A stretch of DNA of 19,670 nt from a bacterium. GTDB taxonomy: Bacteria > Sysuimicrobiota > Sysuimicrobiia > Sysuimicrobiales > Kaftiobacteriaceae. Every line of letters begins with the position of its first letter. Within the stretch, counting starts at the first letter, position 1. Position numbers and translations under genes: made by a program. The DNA lies in assembly GCA_044868695.1 (NCBI GenBank), contig JBIOWP010000013.1, forward strand, positions 1-19,670, in the 5' to 3' direction. This document shows, piece after piece, positions 17,479 through 19,670 of the stretch. Below the pieces are notes generated by a model, which saw nothing but the letters and a program-made list of their open reading frames with translations, made no database searches and was not told the DNA's origin.

Positions 17479-18480
17479 CTACGGCTGTACGACCACCGCC
17501 GTTACCATCCCGTGCATGCCGCGTGAGGACTCGGCGTGCGACAGGATGTGGCAGTGCAGCGCCCACGTACCCGGCAGCGTCGCCTCCACCAGCAGGTCGT
17601 ACCGCTCACCGGGCGCAACGTTGATCGTATCGACGGCGTACGGCTGCGCCAGCCGCCGGCCGTCTTTGGCGATCACCTGCTGGAGCAGCCCGTGTAGGTG
17701 CATCGGGTGGATGACCTGGCCCTCATTCATGTACCGGATGCGCAGGCGCTGTCCGACCTTCATCACGATCGGCTGCGTGGCAGGGAAGCTCTTGCCGTTG
17801 ATCGTGAAGCCCAGAGGGCCGTCGTTGACGATCAGGACCACATCCTGGGCGACCGAGGGTTCACCAGCGCGGTCCTTCGGCTCCACGATGAACGCGCCCA
17901 ACAGCCCCTTGGTAATTTGATCCGCGCCGTTGTGCGAATGGTACATGTGGGTGCCGGCCGGCGCGGCGGCAAACTCATACGTGAAAGACCGCCCGGGCCG
18001 GACCGGCGGCTGTGTGATGAAGGGCACGCCATCCATGGCGTTTGGTGTAATGAGTCCATGGAAGTGAATGGAAGTGCTCTCGGGCAGCTCGTTGCGGAGC
18101 ACGACGCGCACGCGATCCCCCTCGGTCACGCGAAGTGTGGGCCCCGGCACCTGGTCGTTGTACGCGAACGCCGTCCGCAGGACCCCCGGCTCGACCTCCC
18201 ACTGGATCTGCCGGGCCACAAGGTCGAACTGTTTGGCGCCTGAAACAACCTTCGGCGCCAGCGGTTGGGCACCGGTTCCGCGTGTCTTGGCCGGAAATGC
18301 CTTCACGCGCGCTTCGTGCAGGCGGTCCATCTCTTCATGCGGCGAGGGCGCCGCGGTCACGGATGATGCGTGGCTGCCGGTGGGCGCCCGGCCGGCCACA
18401 AACCCCGCCCCAAACCCCAGGGCTGCCACCGCAGCCGCCGCCATCCCTGCCGTCGCCATCGTCCATCTCCGCGTGCGCAT
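17479..18480 (-). CDS. Secreted two-domain multicopper oxidase (type B, small-laccase-like)
   Basis: Export signal with TRR; domain 1 has HFHG and YHSH; domain 2 has HPMHLHG and HCHILSH...M. Confidence 0.88.
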   Translation of the reverse strand: MRTRRWTMATAGMAAAAVAALGFGAGFVAGRAPTGSHASSVTAAPSPHEEMDRLHEARVKAFPAKTRGTGAQPLAPKVVSGAKQFDLVARQIQWEVEPGVLRTAFAYNDQVPGPTLRVTEGDRVRVVLRNELPESTSIHFHGLITPNAMDGVPFITQPPVRPGRSFTYEFAAAPAGTHMYHSHNGADQITKGLLGAFIVEPKDRAGEPSVAQDVVLIVNDGPLGFTINGKSFPATQPIVMKVGQRLRIRYMNEGQVIHPMHLHGLLQQVIAKDGRRLAQPYAVDTINVAPGERYDLLVEATLPGTWALHCHILSHAESSRGMHGMVTAVVVQP

Positions 18481-18630
18481 CCTCGTCCCCCCGTGGTGTT
18501 CGCTTGCTCGCCATCATCGCAAGATCCACGGGCACGGCCAATCGGTCGCACGCCTGATTCCCGGATCGAGCGGGCACCCGACGCGTCGACGAGTCTAGGA
18601 GACGGTCGCGCCGGTGCGAATGATAGACCT

Positions 18631-19670
18631 ATGACGATCTTGACGGCCGCGCTGGCGGTCGGCGTCGGCATTCACCTGGCGCTGACGCTCTTCCTGATGC
18701 TCCGTTACCTTGAAGGGCGTGAGCGCCAGATCGGGTGGTGGGCCGTCGCCTACGCCTTCTTCGCCGCTCATGTGGTCGCCGAAACGCTCCTTACGATCGT
18801 CCCCGATCCTTCGCTCATCGCGCTCCGGCACGCCCTGTTCCTGGCCGCCTCGTGGGCAATGGTCCAGAGCTTCCGGCAGGACCCCCGGGTGTCGGCTGTC
18901 GCCCTGGCCGGGGTCTTGGCAAGCGTCGTCCTCGCGGGACACGCCTGGCTGCCGGCCGCCATTACGGCCTCCGTGCTCGGCGGCGGAGGGTTTGTGGCCA
19001 GCGCGCTGCTGCTGTACCGGCAGGAGCGGGGCGTCCAGGCCCTGAGCAGCAAGCTCCTCTTCTGGGGGCTGCTGCTGACCGGGCTGCACGCGCTAGCGTA
19101 TCCCCTGCTGCGGCCGCATCCGGTTTACGCCGGCGTCGGCGCGGCGTTTTCCGGCGCCTTCACCCTGGTGTTCAGTATCGGGATCGTACTGCTCGCGCTC
19201 CAGCGGTCCCGGGACCTGGTCACGATGAGCTCAATCGCGGAGACACTCAACCGGTCCCTCGACATGCCGAGCGGGCTGGGCCGCGCGCTCGATCAGCTGG
19301 TCGACTTGATGCGTCTCAGCAGCGGCTGGGTGTTCCTGGAGCACAACGGCGGCTTCGCCGTGGCGGCAACGAAGAGCCTGCCCCTTGAGCTGGCCGCCGC
19401 GGGGATGGCCCGCATGCAGGGCGACTGCCGGTGCCTGCAGATGCTGCGCAGCGGGCAGCTGTCTGAAGCGGTGAACATCGTGGATTGCGAGCGTCTCGAG
19501 CAGGCCGGATGGGACCATCCCCGTCACGTCACCGTGCCGCTTCGCAGCGCGAGCGGCGTGATCGGCGTGATGAACCTCGTGCTGCCCCGCCGGAGGGCGT
19601 TGAGCGTCAGGGAGCTCGCGACGCTGTCGGCGATCGGCGATCAGATCGGCCTCGCCGCCGAGCGCGGGCG
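18631..19670 (+). CDS. Membrane sensor protein (about 7 TM plus GAF), probably a histidine kinase; 3'-truncated by the window
   Basis: Manual translation from ATG 18631 stays open to the window end: MTILTAALAVGVGIHLAL...GLHALAYPLLR...SIAETLNRSLD..GWVFL..GDCRC..NIVDCERL..HVTVPL..GVMNL..LSAIGDQIGLAAER. The kinase domain is not visible. Confidence 0.85.
   Translation, partial: MTILTAALAVGVGIHLALTLFLMLRYLEGRERQIGWWAVAYAFFAAHVVAETLLTIVPDPSLIALRHALFLAASWAMVQSFRQDPRVSAVALAGVLASVVLAGHAWLPAAITASVLGGGGFVASALLLYRQERGVQALSSKLLFWGLLLTGLHALAYPLLRPHPVYAGVGAAFSGAFTLVFSIGIVLLALQRSRDLVTMSSIAETLNRSLDMPSGLGRALDQLVDLMRLSSGWVFLEHNGGFAVAATKSLPLELAAAGMARMQGDCRCLQMLRSGQLSEAVNIVDCERLEQAGWDHPRHVTVPLRSASGVIGVMNLVLPRRRALSVRELATLSAIGDQIGLAAERG

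Noticed and set aside
18595..19527. Short ORFs listed in the track in this region
   Set aside because: Superseded by the open plus-strand sensor frame starting at 18631.

Overview
High-GC bacterial chromosomal window with 16 complete genes and one truncated gene. No mobile element, CRISPR array or tRNA/rRNA was recognised. Left to right: (1) a minus-strand sugar-catabolism operon (DhnA-type class I aldolase, Gfo/Idh/MocA oxidoreductase, PfkB kinase, PMI-like cupin, ABC solute-binding protein); (2) plus-strand genes for a ferritin-like/VIT1 fusion, a CelD/BcsL-type GNAT and glutamate dehydrogenase; (3) a minus-strand class II aldolase and Zn-dehydrogenase pair, separated by a heptamer-repeat hairpin; (4) a minus-strand DAO-family FAD oxidoreductase and MOT1 molybdate transporter; (5) a structured intergenic region with tandem TCAGG-N6-CCTGA operators and a plus-oriented terminator; (6) minus-strand genes for a two-domain multicopper oxidase, a NarL-family regulator, pfkA and a lacD-like aldolase; (7) a divergent membrane sensor with a CxC-x17-C GAF domain, absent from the ORF track because it runs off the window. 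Best leads: a putative redox/copper two-component module with a recurring local operator motif, an orphan sRNA or micropeptide transcript at about 14607-14765, and a repeat-built hairpin whose loop carries an SD and ATG for a uORF coupled to the dehydrogenase. All family calls come from motif recognition by eye; no database search was run.
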